Sequence record: NC_027402.1
Length of the DNA stretch: 64,000 nt
Strand: one strand, 5' to 3'
Part shown: positions 24,501 to 34,738 of the stretch, in pieces
Layout of the letters: each line of letters opens with the position of its first letter
How positions within the stretch are numbered: position 1 is the first letter of the stretch
Made by a program: the position numbers and the translations under genes
The notes under the pieces: model-generated
Seen by the model: the letters and a program-made list of their open reading frames with translations, nothing else
Told to the model about the DNA's origin: nothing
The model's database searches: none

Positions 24501-26719
24501 CGCATACTCACGAAATAGTTACCGGAGGTAAGCACCGTACGCAACAGGTAGACACGTTCATTACAAACAATCAAATCGTCTGTAGAAGCGTTTGGAGCCC
24601 ACGGTGCTGTCGTTACTGTGCCCGCACCATTACCGTTCTTGTAATCACCCAACACCACTTTAACAACACGATGATGTTTTGCATGGTCAATCGTCCCATC
24701 GAAGATGACCAAGTAGTACGCACCGTCACTGCCTAAGCAGATCATTGCATCTGTACCGGTAATCACAATAGCAACCAGATTCACCCCAGGATACGCCGAC
24801 ATTCCAGCGGGTCGATAACGTACGGACGTCTGCTGCATATTTTCCAGCGTATTGCTTGGCGACACATCAGCATAGGCGTAATAGATAGCCCAGTCACCAG
24901 GTGGGTTCCCGTTAGAACCGTTACGGAGCGAGTAAACCTTACCAGACTCGTAACGCGCCAAACCTTTCTGCCAGGTTTGGTTTTTGGTATACCCTTCGTA
25001 GTTCCCCTGGACAGGTATAGGCAAGAAGTTATTGTTGCCGTACGATGATCCGCCGACAGTCCACGCCGGTAATAACGTAGCAATCTTGTCATTCAGCATG
25101 TCAATCTTCTGTTCAAGCAAGAAGCCTTGACGCGAAGTGACCATCTTATCCGAGGTAGTGTCGATTGCATCCCACAGTTTAGCCAAACCTGTAACAGACG
25201 TGGATGCGTACGGCACGTTATCGAGATCGGCAATGGTGTGGGTGTGCGTTGTAAGCGCTTTGCCTGATAGCACGGTGCGCAACGCATTAGTAACCGGTTT
25301 CTCCAGCGGTCCGGTATTGTTCATCTTCTCAATACCGAAATCTGCCGCGGTTAAGGTCAGATGCATCTGCCCGTTTGAATCTAATACAAACCCTTTACCG
25401 TTGACTGTATACGTGTCGTCCACATATCCGTCGAGTTTGTTCTTCAAGTCAGTAACAGCTTTTTGGGAAATCGCTGTGGACGCTGCAGCGGACGCCGAAA
25501 GGTTAGTAATCGCAAACAAACCCTGCACAGTTGTGGTTGCTGCAGGCAGCTCAGCATTCATGTAAAGTTTGTTTGTTTCTTTACCAGAGCCGTAAATCTT
25601 CAACGTGTCGCTGGACTTGAAGTAGGCGTTTGCTGGAAGTATCTTCACCGAGGTCAAGTACATCTTAACCATATCCGGCGTAACGAGATACACGCTGTTA
25701 TACACAGGTGCAAGCACACCTGCATCATAAGCGCCCCACTTGTCACCTGCTTTACCCGAGTGAACCCAAAGCGTGTTCAGACCAGCACTGAACTCCGTAG
25801 CGATACCCGGTTCGTTGTTATCCTGGTCAGCTTTTAATACCAGCGGTTTTGTCGAGGTGATGATGAACTTCTCACCCTTCATGCTGATAACGTGACCAGA
25901 CGTTGTTTGGAACGTAATCGCGTCGTTATTCAGAACACGCATACGGCCCAGTAAATCACCCAGGGTATTATCCAGAAGCATGTCAACGTGTTTCTGTTGG
26001 ATGCCGCTGGTAGACATTAACGTCACTAGCTCTGCCAGGGTACGTCCGAATGCCTTAGTCGCATCTACGGCTTTGCCGAGTACCGGGAGAGCGCCAATGT
26101 CACCGCAGGTGTAACCATGTGCATTTTTAATCAGATGGTGTTGATACATTTCGTCATCAAACACCTTTTTACCGTTCTGATAAATCAAATCGGTAACTTC
26201 CGCAAAAGCCTCATCCAGTTCGTGGGCACGTTCTAAAATACCCAGACGGATATCTTCCAACGCCTTTACGATTTCATCGCGAAGAATCGCTTCTTCGAGG
26301 TCTTTTGGCGGGTCGATTGGCGAGATAATCGGCGGATATTTCATCAGCTCAGACCAATCGCAGTTACGCGGGTCTTTCATATCTGTCTTAACCAGATACT
26401 TGCCGATTTCAGAAGCAGGGATGCGATACTGTCGATCAACCGACAGTAACTCGTATTCTACCTCTGTGGCGTTCAGCAGCATTATGCTGCCGTATATTGC
26501 ATCGTTCTCAGCCTCGGCTAATTCCTGGAAGTAATGTCCTAAGAAATAATCGAGACCTTCTATTAACTTGCGTTTGGTTCCGGTTGTTTTATCGGTAACG
26601 GTTAACGTTAACCCGATGCGATAGAACGGTGCTTCGACGGGAATGACCGCCGAATAACGGTTCGGGTAAGTAGCGGTACTGAGCGTACCGTTAAACTGCG
26701 CCGCATCTTCTCTCGGCAT
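21536..26719 (-). CDS. Giant tail-fibre protein (about 1727 aa; phiKZ gp145/gp146-like)
   Basis: Start moved to MPRED (AGGAG SD); APFY, PAATTTVQGL and PYASTSVTGL fibre repeats, HTH motif. Confidence 0.75.
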   Translation of the reverse strand: MPREDAAQFNGTLSTATYPNRYSAVIPVEAPFYRIGLTLTVTDKTTGTKRKLIEGLDYFLGHYFQELAEAENDAIYGSIMLLNATEVEYELLSVDRQYRIPASEIGKYLVKTDMKDPRNCDWSELMKYPPIISPIDPPKDLEEAILRDEIVKALEDIRLGILERAHELDEAFAEVTDLIYQNGKKVFDDEMYQHHLIKNAHGYTCGDIGALPVLGKAVDATKAFGRTLAELVTLMSTSGIQQKHVDMLLDNTLGDLLGRMRVLNNDAITFQTTSGHVISMKGEKFIITSTKPLVLKADQDNNEPGIATEFSAGLNTLWVHSGKAGDKWGAYDAGVLAPVYNSVYLVTPDMVKMYLTSVKILPANAYFKSSDTLKIYGSGKETNKLYMNAELPAATTTVQGLFAITNLSASAAASTAISQKAVTDLKNKLDGYVDDTYTVNGKGFVLDSNGQMHLTLTAADFGIEKMNNTGPLEKPVTNALRTVLSGKALTTHTHTIADLDNVPYASTSVTGLAKLWDAIDTTSDKMVTSRQGFLLEQKIDMLNDKIATLLPAWTVGGSSYGNNNFLPIPVQGNYEGYTKNQTWQKGLARYESGKVYSLRNGSNGNPPGDWAIYYAYADVSPSNTLENMQQTSVRYRPAGMSAYPGVNLVAIVITGTDAMICLGSDGAYYLVIFDGTIDHAKHHRVVKVVLGDYKNGNGAGTVTTAPWAPNASTDDLIVCNERVYLLRTVLTSGNYFVSMRSIALNELNPGGSNTFVADALTGGILTSGENVYLRQGQKRAPSDALPAPVTQIYADALAKWNNATNFVHGPECNHAIAVDGLNFRVGLTPTVWFASTTGQTINFKQWVSSFVVDCSSMTVTLEGADRFPIVADLTAVRYNGGAEIGIPSRKWGEGQANNQTFATSQDKYIVSQGHAGDRDLMPIVVITTLDDGVSWYEYLSCDYNFTARRFSVVTLNQGRGSIYELGMAYPLTLGADSRLIWLSQPRSRLAIEVEFDPNTTYSGKAGYGPTNNRRLVDSITYENLSQMCHIVTPASPGTELNGWYCTGPETFPYHNVSGTFTIHADRLTLSQAEWNKMKQMIIDGAPAGAANGYASEYILAANNAGKALFSVWFIGIGTATPLTLAQVACTRTVNNVNVLDIYYFTLKPTISNGQVTFPAAILTLFDFYNNLDYGLKYATLGEITGGKTRRPGQPTLVSVDGTQFGLYLPHTLTLQQIGDLGALNYAVGLTLSNGTWTRSSAPHGVGRMAPSHTPVSPAYLAHRDQVMLHNSSLNYVYCGGIATSSRDFVTAPNFSGPTESVVIAGVETAEGWLVYVTEEVNLRFGSSTYKLPTWYIDLSEAFPTNHQNRTFYLHAKVENGTPKYVMDVVQHPDTETELYIGYVKTGSSRVVETNVDHAKRLGAVKQLLEHAAVENKHDVEVGRDAATGRLAPLRKEAMGPLSVDATKGYLDSQLLYTVSDAQRRGKAMVSKRFEGLKTLPAFTQANKSGAFWKHPTTIATVTADENGEAASLGMEWVGIPTPAFAPTSTNLMVVVQSKFVVPGTPGVETTFNVHVAPWEAVDGFFYNVEAEGTDVNIDENPEVLLPSPHTVHHKQHSLPAGVPCTFTFVASVSSSALETAKQHICSWLFTDAGGLPITTDLSDSKIQILPHPGETHGTPVVLNSRSYTFTNVAGAIPVVTTGAQGLFPPPIMSWDGDNLTLTIAHDWVNERGRQQPDVIQVNLMFRT

Positions 26720-26751
26720 TGCAAACACTCCTAATCTGTAATAAAACGGAG

Positions 26752-26813
26752 ACCGCCCTCCCAATAACGGAAGGGCGGTTTACCTACGGACTACCCGCCC
26801 GTAGGCAGTCCGT
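26752..26813 (-). other. Tandem intergenic hairpins between tail-fibre genes
   Basis: 26786-26813 is a bulged stem with a TACG loop; 26752-26779 is an 11-bp stem including one G-U pair. Confidence 0.5.
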
Positions 26814-26814
26814 C

Positions 26815-29800
26815 CTAAGAGGCCCACTCACCCGAGTTGTTGCCTTCGTTTCTACGTTCAGTATCCAACGTTTGTAAAATCCAATCCCATGTCCTGGTGG
26901 GGATGTGGAATGGATTACGCTTCTCAATGAGAAGCGTCTCGCCACCTGTGCGAAGTTCCACCGGTGTCGTTTCAGTAATCACGAACAATGGATTACCACT
27001 ACTGCCCACACCATTAATAGTGAACTTCGCTTGCAGCGGCGGCACAGAACCTTCCGGAGGCACGAACACGATGTGAATTGGCTGCATCGGTTTCGTGCGG
27101 GCAAGAGTCCCGGATATCTGAACAGCTGTTGTCGATGCACTGAAAGGTATAATATTACCCGGAATTTTCTCACTACCCACGATGATATATCCAGGGTAGT
27201 TAGAGAGCATTGTCCCATTTACCGACACAAAACGCTCATTTTGAGTTGGGCGATAAGCCCGCATAAAGCCGTACTTCCATTCACCACCGTTAGACGTATA
27301 GTCTGCAGGAGCCGACTCAAGTAGCGGAGCACCACGTTTCTGCAGTCCTTTGTAAAACGGTGCGGGGAGTTTACCGTTCGGTGCAAGTTCCGGATAACCC
27401 TCACCTGCAGCAGACAACGTGATGTATTCCGTAACCGGGTTATCGACGTTATCTCCAAAGTTCGCGAACGTGACGGTTGATATCGACATCTCCTCATGCC
27501 CAGAAGACTGGCTGTCTGGAGAACGCTCGATATACGACTCAAATAGTGAGCGTAGATAATGGAAACGATTTAAATCTACTTCTGTTGTGGAAGGGTCCAT
27601 CAAACCGTGGTTGATTGTGACACCTTCACCAGTTTCGAGGCCAGTAACACTAATCGATAAAGCGCCACCTTTAAAATAATCAATCGCGTCAAACGGAATG
27701 TCGTATTCTATCTCACGAACAGTTGCCGAAGCCTGGCCACCTATCTTACTAATCGTCGATATTCGCAGTATCTGCGTATCAACAATATAGCGATAACGAA
27801 TAAGCCAGCGTGAACCAATGGCTGCGAACTCGCTAGCGATTGAAACCGGGAGATAGTCTAAACAGTCAGGCGACTGAACTTCCACGCTCTTGATTACACG
27901 AGGAGCATCAACCAGCGTATTAGTAACGCTGGATTGTGCGCTGGCAATTCTTCCGGTTGGTTTATCGTACGGCGCAGCAATAAAGCCACAGTTTAAACTG
28001 GTCTTGGAATTACTCCACCGCAGAACTCTGGTTTTACCTTTCCCGTCAGCAGAAGGGGCCATGAAGTTTAATGAAACTTCGACGTCCGAGGTTTTTGGGA
28101 CTTCAGGATAATCAGTGTCGATTACCACCGAACCCTCGAATGTCGCCATTCCATTTTCTTTCGGGTTGCTTGGTGTAAACCAGCAATACGGGGACGCGTT
28201 TTCAGTGGAAACAACCGCCGCAAGAAGAATCCTGAGCGAGGTGGCACTTACGAATTTATAATCAAATAACCCACGATCTAAACGAACGAGGTTATCCCCA
28301 GAAACAGACGGGTTAGTTGGATACGCGTACAGCCATTGTTTAGGTAACGGATCAACCTTATTCAACGGCAGCATTTTCGGGTTATCCGTCAACGACCAGT
28401 CGGTGTTACTCACCCCGTGTGCTAGACGTGTTTCGAAGTGCCGTTTAAGTTCGGACGCCATGCCAAAATCAAACGTCGTTTCAAACTCGTAAGTCGTGCC
28501 TGCAACCAATCCCGCGTCAGGGACATCGATATGTCCGATATAGCCGCGTTCCAAGTTAATACCTTCCGTGTCCACAATAGGTTCGGCGCGCGAATATAAC
28601 GCATCGGTTATCATGTTCACATAGAGGTAATGCCTTAAACCGTTCGGCGTCTTAACAAACTCCTGCAGGCGGGCAACTTTGGTGTTTTTATCCGAGGCCC
28701 CAACCGCAAAGTCGCCGTCGTAAATTGTGTAACGAATTGCGGCTGCTTTAGCGCTATCGTTACACTCGGCACGGAATGCTAAGCAGTGTTGCTTCCACCC
28801 CTCCTTGACAGTCGCCTCCAGATACCCCGCTTCTGTAATACCCGCACCGATAATTTCACCGTCTAGATAAACAGAAACAGCACCACCGCCACGAACCCAA
28901 ATCCGCAGCTTACCAGAGTCGCAACGAACCCACGTTTTCGCCAAGAGGTTAACGACCGACAAATCACCCATTCCGGTTGTCGTTAAACCAATCTGCGCAC
29001 CGTAGTCTGTCTCCGGGACGGCAACCTCAAACCCACTAAAATCAATACCGGCACCGGTATTAATTACCGCGTTCTGCCACGTTGTCTCCATACGGTTATC
29101 TGGAGAGAACCACTGGAACATCGGTGTGGTTTGCAGGTCTATCGAACCCGACACCGTCCCCTCTTTACGTGCGCCATTTAACAGATAGAAATAATTCAAA
29201 TCCGTTACGGCGAGTGTGGTACGTGTAGATCCCACAGTCCAAGTCTTACCGCGCACAGCGGCAAAATCGGTCACGGTGTCCTCTTTCGCGTTTGCTAGCG
29301 CAGCTGCAACTACGTCTAAACGTTTTGACAAATCGTTCAGTACGTTCGGGGCAACGCCGCGATTATCCGACAAGCCGTTTAGGTTGGTAGAATATCGAGC
29401 GATACCAGGCACTGTTTGAGAAGCCGTTGGGATCTGTAAATCGGCGAAGTTGTGATGGTGGCCTTTATCACTAAGACCAGTAACTGCTTCTGCCAACGAA
29501 TCGGAAAGTGGTTTATCGACGTCAGCTGTGTTATCAGCCAAGTCCAGACCCAAATCCTTTTTCGTTAGCGTTCGGCTACCAGTGTCCATCGGCTGGTTAT
29601 TCAGCAGTGTTGTCTTCCTGACGTACGAAGACAGATCACCCTCGTACGGTAAGAGCGAAGCTGGGGTGGCTGCTTGTCCTTTGACTACATCGCTCGGCTT
29701 ATCAGTTAGCGTCACAACGCCGGGTTCAGAGGTCGTCGCGGGTTTGGCTGTGACCTTCCCGGTGACGGGATCGGCTTTTGACCCTTTACCCGTGAAAGTA

Positions 29801-30945
29801 ATGCCGTTCACCCCGCTAATGTACAGTTTGTTGTCATCCGGGTCAACGGTACCACCGCCGGTACCAGTGTCTTGTTGATAGCCCATGAGAGCGGTTGTGG
29901 TCAGTAACGTCGTACCATTAAGCGTCAGCTTATCCATCCCCAAGGCACTGCCAGTCGACTCAATACGTAATGTATTGATGCCTGCTTTCCACTCCATAAA
30001 CCGGACGGTTCCAGTAGTATCGGCATACCCACACGCCAACACAACAGAGCCATTAGATTTAAGAGTGAAAGCCTCAGCAGAGAACACAATTTCGGATTCG
30101 CCAGCAGGAGAACGGAACAGGGCACGAGTACCAGATATCGTCGCATTAAACACCCCTTTGGATTCTTTCGATACCCATTTAGAAATGTACTTGTCGATAT
30201 CCGATTGCTGCAGACCCAGTGCACGGACCTCGCTGGTTAACTGACGCAACGTCTTTCCGTACGCCAGGAAAGTATCTGGCGTTTTCAGGTTGACAGGATG
30301 CGCCCCGGCCTGCGCCGCGGTAGTCCCATGAGGGTTAGTGGACGCAATGTGTCCGGGGTAGTTAAATGTGGCGATTTCAGTTCCTAAGGCCAGAACCGCA
30401 TCTTTCAGCTCGGTAAGCTTTTCACGAATCTGCTCGTTGGCCGCCCCGGCATCTAACTCCACATCATGCACTGCAGAGGCAACATACTTTTTATTCAGCA
30501 TGTCTGACCAAGCTACCGCTGCGGGGGTGGCTGGGTACAGGGAAGGCCGATTACCTAAAAGCAGCCAATCTGCAGCCGTTGGGTTGTTGAGTGCCTTAAC
30601 TAGCTCATCCAACATCTCAATCAAACCACTGTAAAACGTACCCCCGAGCATCTGGCCTTCAAAGACCACCGCACCACGCAGTTTAGGGTTAATAAGATGC
30701 ACCCCGCAAAACACCGGGGTCGTCACCGAGTCGTCCAACGGTGTTAAAGCATACTCCAGCTCATAGTCCGTCCCGCGGGTAAGCGGTATGGACGAGCCGG
30801 CGAGCCTTACCACCAATCCTTCGAAAAACGGGCGATGATCTAGCATCACCACCCGGTCGTTAGGATTGTCGGAGTCGATGATACGTTCCTCGATGAAGTG
30901 ACACTCGGGATTTACACCCCGAGGATCGTAAGGATACGTTTTCAT
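26815..30945 (-). CDS. Giant tail-fibre protein (1376 aa)
   Basis: YPYDPRG start, HIASTNPHGTTAAQAGA, PATTSEPG and PTASQTVPG repeats, HHH motif. Confidence 0.75.
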   Translation of the reverse strand: MKTYPYDPRGVNPECHFIEERIIDSDNPNDRVVMLDHRPFFEGLVVRLAGSSIPLTRGTDYELEYALTPLDDSVTTPVFCGVHLINPKLRGAVVFEGQMLGGTFYSGLIEMLDELVKALNNPTAADWLLLGNRPSLYPATPAAVAWSDMLNKKYVASAVHDVELDAGAANEQIREKLTELKDAVLALGTEIATFNYPGHIASTNPHGTTAAQAGAHPVNLKTPDTFLAYGKTLRQLTSEVRALGLQQSDIDKYISKWVSKESKGVFNATISGTRALFRSPAGESEIVFSAEAFTLKSNGSVVLACGYADTTGTVRFMEWKAGINTLRIESTGSALGMDKLTLNGTTLLTTTALMGYQQDTGTGGGTVDPDDNKLYISGVNGITFTGKGSKADPVTGKVTAKPATTSEPGVVTLTDKPSDVVKGQAATPASLLPYEGDLSSYVRKTTLLNNQPMDTGSRTLTKKDLGLDLADNTADVDKPLSDSLAEAVTGLSDKGHHHNFADLQIPTASQTVPGIARYSTNLNGLSDNRGVAPNVLNDLSKRLDVVAAALANAKEDTVTDFAAVRGKTWTVGSTRTTLAVTDLNYFYLLNGARKEGTVSGSIDLQTTPMFQWFSPDNRMETTWQNAVINTGAGIDFSGFEVAVPETDYGAQIGLTTTGMGDLSVVNLLAKTWVRCDSGKLRIWVRGGGAVSVYLDGEIIGAGITEAGYLEATVKEGWKQHCLAFRAECNDSAKAAAIRYTIYDGDFAVGASDKNTKVARLQEFVKTPNGLRHYLYVNMITDALYSRAEPIVDTEGINLERGYIGHIDVPDAGLVAGTTYEFETTFDFGMASELKRHFETRLAHGVSNTDWSLTDNPKMLPLNKVDPLPKQWLYAYPTNPSVSGDNLVRLDRGLFDYKFVSATSLRILLAAVVSTENASPYCWFTPSNPKENGMATFEGSVVIDTDYPEVPKTSDVEVSLNFMAPSADGKGKTRVLRWSNSKTSLNCGFIAAPYDKPTGRIASAQSSVTNTLVDAPRVIKSVEVQSPDCLDYLPVSIASEFAAIGSRWLIRYRYIVDTQILRISTISKIGGQASATVREIEYDIPFDAIDYFKGGALSISVTGLETGEGVTINHGLMDPSTTEVDLNRFHYLRSLFESYIERSPDSQSSGHEEMSISTVTFANFGDNVDNPVTEYITLSAAGEGYPELAPNGKLPAPFYKGLQKRGAPLLESAPADYTSNGGEWKYGFMRAYRPTQNERFVSVNGTMLSNYPGYIIVGSEKIPGNIIPFSASTTAVQISGTLARTKPMQPIHIVFVPPEGSVPPLQAKFTINGVGSSGNPLFVITETTPVELRTGGETLLIEKRNPFHIPTRTWDWILQTLDTERRNEGNNSGEWAS

Positions 30946-30957
30946 TCAAAAATCTCC

Positions 30958-33900
30958 TTAATCACGAATAATAAGTGTTCGAGCTGACGTGTTTTTCGGA
31001 TTGAACGTCATCATCTTGGATGGGTGTGCCACCAGTGGAATTTTACCTGCATCCACTGGTCGGAACGAACTGTATGAATAGTTGCACATCGCGCTGTTCA
31101 TCTCATTAATCGTTGAACCTGCATCCACCACGCCAGTAAAGAATCTTGCGCGGTTTAAGCCGGAATAGTTAATCGCATAGTCAAGGAACGTGGCGTAATA
31201 ACGATTCTTTGTCGGCATCGTGTTCAGGTTAGCGTAAGTCAAACGCGCTTCTGTGTCGGAACTAAACAAACCACCCATGCCGTGATAAATCGGCGTACTC
31301 GGATCGGTAATCAGATTCGTCAAGTCGATATAGTCAGGACGGAGACGGGTAGACAAATCCTCAGTCCACGACTCGCCGGTCGACTGCAAGGTGTATTTCA
31401 GCGTCTTTGTTGTCGCGGTTAGCGTCAGCTCAAAGTTAATCGTTTTGGAATCGATGTTAATCGTTCCCTCGAACGAAATACCGTCCGCTGTTCGCGTGTG
31501 GCTGAAACGCACCGATGGATTAAGTGCCGTCCAGTCATGGCCGGAACCAGTAACACCGTTCAAGCCAATAACAACCTGAGCAGCACGTCCGTAGTTAACC
31601 GCGATTCCCGCATACGTGCTCACGCCGCCTGGAGTGGTAATACGCCCTGCGGTACGTGCGACGAGTACAGAAATACGGTGCATGAATGTGGCCGAGTGAT
31701 GGCAACACCCAATTACCGTTTCTAGCACACTGTCCGCTGCTGCGGTTAAAGGTGTCCACGTTGCGGTAATACCGTTATTCTGGAACATCGGGAATGTGTT
31801 GTGGACAAAACGATAATCGGCTACAGATAAACTGGTTGTTTTAAACGTCCATTTATCAGCAGCCGGATCGTAGTCCGCTTTCAACATAGGCGTATAGCTG
31901 CTAGCCTGCGCGTAACGCCAATCGGCATCTATACGTTTTGTACCCGGTGCGCCTGTGGACCACACAGGCCCGCCCGTGCCGTAAGTAAATCCGAATTCAG
32001 CTTGCGACATACCCCGACGAATATGGGCGTTATCGTCCTCGATATGCTCGCCTAATTCACGAAACTCACCTAAACGCGTTACGTTGCGGATTTCTACAAA
32101 AACCACACCGGTTTCACTGGTGATGATGGAACCTATTTTGGTCATCGTCTCAGTTTCTGCCGTGTTTGGATTTTCGTAGATAATGTACTTGCCATCATCG
32201 CCCGCCGCGTCAACATACACGCCAAACTCAGCATCTTCGTGCGTCGCTGGGAATAGCTCAGCCAAGTTAAATGTGGAGAGAGGTACTTTGTACTCGCGAC
32301 CAACGAAATAATCGTTCGCTTTAATAGTAACCATCCAGTCGGTGTAAGTGATGCCGTTTTCAATGATATCCGTGCCGGGTAAACCGTAACGAATAATATT
32401 GATTGAAGCACCAGAGTCGACTGTCTTCGCAACCTTCTCTATCTCTGTGATGGCGTCCGCCTGTCGGATGACCTCACCGCCGTCTAATGCCAGCGTGGCA
32501 TCATCAACCGCGGTGCCGAACTGTACTAAACCGAACTCCGTCGTTGTTGCACGCTTAATCCCGAACGCAGCAGAAGTGTGTGTGTGACCAACGAATGCAT
32601 ACTTGTCCAGCTCAGCTTGTTGGAGCGGGGAGATCGGCAATTGTACATCTGGGACGTTCTGTACGTTCGATAAGCCAAAGTTAGTTTTATCGATGTAAAT
32701 AGAACTCGTCAGTGGCATGTCGTTGATGTACGATTTAACGGCAACCAACTTGCCCGTAAACTGCTGATCCAATTTCTTGATGAGTGCCGGCGTTGCGGCC
32801 AAGTCCTCACGATCACCGAATTCAGTAGCCAACAAACGGACAGCCATCAGGCCAAGGTCATCGGACTCCGGTGGAACAAAGGTACAAATAAACGGAACAG
32901 ACTGAATACCGTTACCGTTAATGGTTACAGTAGCTGTGGAAGTTCCGTAAAACAGTCCATCGCCACCTGACTCGTTACCCGGCAAATACGGCCCGACCGT
33001 AGTAGGGTCCAACAGTTTCTTACCGTTGAACTCCAATCCACGGGAATCCGGATAAAGGATGAGCTGGTTAGCCCCACTTTGCCATGTAATCGGGTTGTTC
33101 CCGGCGTTAACGGTTTGCGAATCGCGTCCAATAAAACGGATAACCCTCGGGTCAACCGTGAATTGTGCACCCACGCCTTCAGACTCATCGGTACCCACTG
33201 CCGACGTTATCGAAGTCAGGCCAGGCTTCATACCGAACGTGCCGTTGATAGACTGTGCAGCCGCCGGTAAACGTAAAAGCTTATTCGCCAGCGTTGACAG
33301 TTTCGGCAACAGATTGTTAACGTAATCTGTCAGCTGCGGTTGCGTTTTTCCGTATACCAGTGTCGCGTCCGAAGCAATACCGTTATTCTCCAAAGCACGG
33401 ATTGCGCCCCACGAATCGCGATGTGGGTTATCCTTGCGCGGCACGTGCGTATGTGCCGGTGCATCACGGTACAGTTTATCGACAATCTGGTGATATTTTA
33501 CCAGCAGCTGGTACACGTCATTGTTAACGTCAGGTGCCGGTGCGCCTGGTAATGAACGAATCTGGGCGTAATCGTTCTCACCTGCCCACCAGTTTAGGTT
33601 GACGCCCGATTTAAACTTCAACCATTTTGCGACATCAGTTTTCTGATACCCTGGTGCAAATTCGCTCGGTGGGTTGTCAACGTTAAAGCTGTAGTTAACG
33701 GTTTGCTTGCTTGTTTTAACGGTGATGTCGTAAACGCCGTTACCTTCGCGTCTGACCACGCTAAACTCAACCTCACCCACCAACTCGGTATCGGTCAGGC
33801 CAGTCGTCAACGTATAGCTGTAATTGGACGAACCGGAACCAATCGCTGTCGTTAAAGTAAGATAAATCGCGCGTTGCTTCAACTGAAGACGCAGGATACT

Positions 33901-34671
33901 CGCCCCACCGTTTGCGTAACAGAGCATCCAATCGATCAGCTCGCCTGGGTTCAACGTTGTTTCCGGTGGAATGCTCGGTAAACGGTGTTTTACCGCTAAC
34001 GAATACGCATCGAACGTCGTGTTCTGGTAAGATAACGAATAATGTCGACGTGGCGCGTTATACGTGTATCCGCCAGTGCCGTCGTACGTCGCATACTGCT
34101 CGGATGTGATAAGCGTGACGCCGGCGCGATATTGAAGGTCTAACGTGTTACGAGCAATCGGGTCAACGCGACTGATCGCTTCACCGAGCTTAGCACCAAC
34201 CGCAACAATGGCTTCCATCAACTCAGATTCGCCACGCCAGTTTTCCCAATCGAACTTAATATCGACCGGTGGGAAATATAAATCCCCAATGACGTTATCC
34301 CATTGGCAGTCTACGGGATAGCGATCTTTATTCGCTTCTCGTTCTGCGGCGATCATTTCTGCAGTGGCTTCGCCGATACCAATTGCATGGTAATCGAGTG
34401 TAAAGCCACTCTGGTATTTCGGGTTGGTAATCCACACGCCGCCGTGACAAACATGACCAGTGCGGGCCATGCCCGTAACGTACGCATGGGTGATGACGTA
34501 ATCATCACCTAATGTTAATTTCTTGCCGCCACTCTTGACCACCAGGGATGTGGTATAAAAGGGGGCGTGTGCGGGGAACAGCATCCGGTACTTAGTACCG
34601 ATCGGCGTTACCGCTTCACCGGTCTGCATATTCCCCGGTTCTTGATAGTGCGGGTCAGGGACGACAGCCAT
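30958..34671 (-). CDS. Giant tail-fibre protein (1237 aa)
   Basis: HAPFY, DNPH, GHTH, RATTTEFGLVQF fibre repeat, two HIxD-type motifs; paralogous to its neighbours. Confidence 0.75.
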   Translation of the reverse strand: MAVVPDPHYQEPGNMQTGEAVTPIGTKYRMLFPAHAPFYTTSLVVKSGGKKLTLGDDYVITHAYVTGMARTGHVCHGGVWITNPKYQSGFTLDYHAIGIGEATAEMIAAEREANKDRYPVDCQWDNVIGDLYFPPVDIKFDWENWRGESELMEAIVAVGAKLGEAISRVDPIARNTLDLQYRAGVTLITSEQYATYDGTGGYTYNAPRRHYSLSYQNTTFDAYSLAVKHRLPSIPPETTLNPGELIDWMLCYANGGASILRLQLKQRAIYLTLTTAIGSGSSNYSYTLTTGLTDTELVGEVEFSVVRREGNGVYDITVKTSKQTVNYSFNVDNPPSEFAPGYQKTDVAKWLKFKSGVNLNWWAGENDYAQIRSLPGAPAPDVNNDVYQLLVKYHQIVDKLYRDAPAHTHVPRKDNPHRDSWGAIRALENNGIASDATLVYGKTQPQLTDYVNNLLPKLSTLANKLLRLPAAAQSINGTFGMKPGLTSITSAVGTDESEGVGAQFTVDPRVIRFIGRDSQTVNAGNNPITWQSGANQLILYPDSRGLEFNGKKLLDPTTVGPYLPGNESGGDGLFYGTSTATVTINGNGIQSVPFICTFVPPESDDLGLMAVRLLATEFGDREDLAATPALIKKLDQQFTGKLVAVKSYINDMPLTSSIYIDKTNFGLSNVQNVPDVQLPISPLQQAELDKYAFVGHTHTSAAFGIKRATTTEFGLVQFGTAVDDATLALDGGEVIRQADAITEIEKVAKTVDSGASINIIRYGLPGTDIIENGITYTDWMVTIKANDYFVGREYKVPLSTFNLAELFPATHEDAEFGVYVDAAGDDGKYIIYENPNTAETETMTKIGSIITSETGVVFVEIRNVTRLGEFRELGEHIEDDNAHIRRGMSQAEFGFTYGTGGPVWSTGAPGTKRIDADWRYAQASSYTPMLKADYDPAADKWTFKTTSLSVADYRFVHNTFPMFQNNGITATWTPLTAAADSVLETVIGCCHHSATFMHRISVLVARTAGRITTPGGVSTYAGIAVNYGRAAQVVIGLNGVTGSGHDWTALNPSVRFSHTRTADGISFEGTINIDSKTINFELTLTATTKTLKYTLQSTGESWTEDLSTRLRPDYIDLTNLITDPSTPIYHGMGGLFSSDTEARLTYANLNTMPTKNRYYATFLDYAINYSGLNRARFFTGVVDAGSTINEMNSAMCNYSYSSFRPVDAGKIPLVAHPSKMMTFNPKNTSARTLIIRD

Positions 34672-34703
34672 TTTACACTCCTTTTCTCTGAGGGCGTCGA
34701 GTT

Positions 34704-34712
34704 CATACTATG
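34704..34712. promoter_or_regulatory. Possible back-to-back late promoters (CATA-C-TATG)
   Basis: TATG on both strands at a divergent junction between structural genes; TATG is the phiKZ late promoter consensus. Confidence 0.35.
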
Positions 34713-34738
34713 ACCCGAATCCTTAGAGGAAACAGCCA

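Noticed and set aside
26752-26813. tRNA or ribozyme in the structured intergenic gap
   Set aside because: No cloverleaf, T-loop or recognisable ribozyme core; kept only as hairpins.
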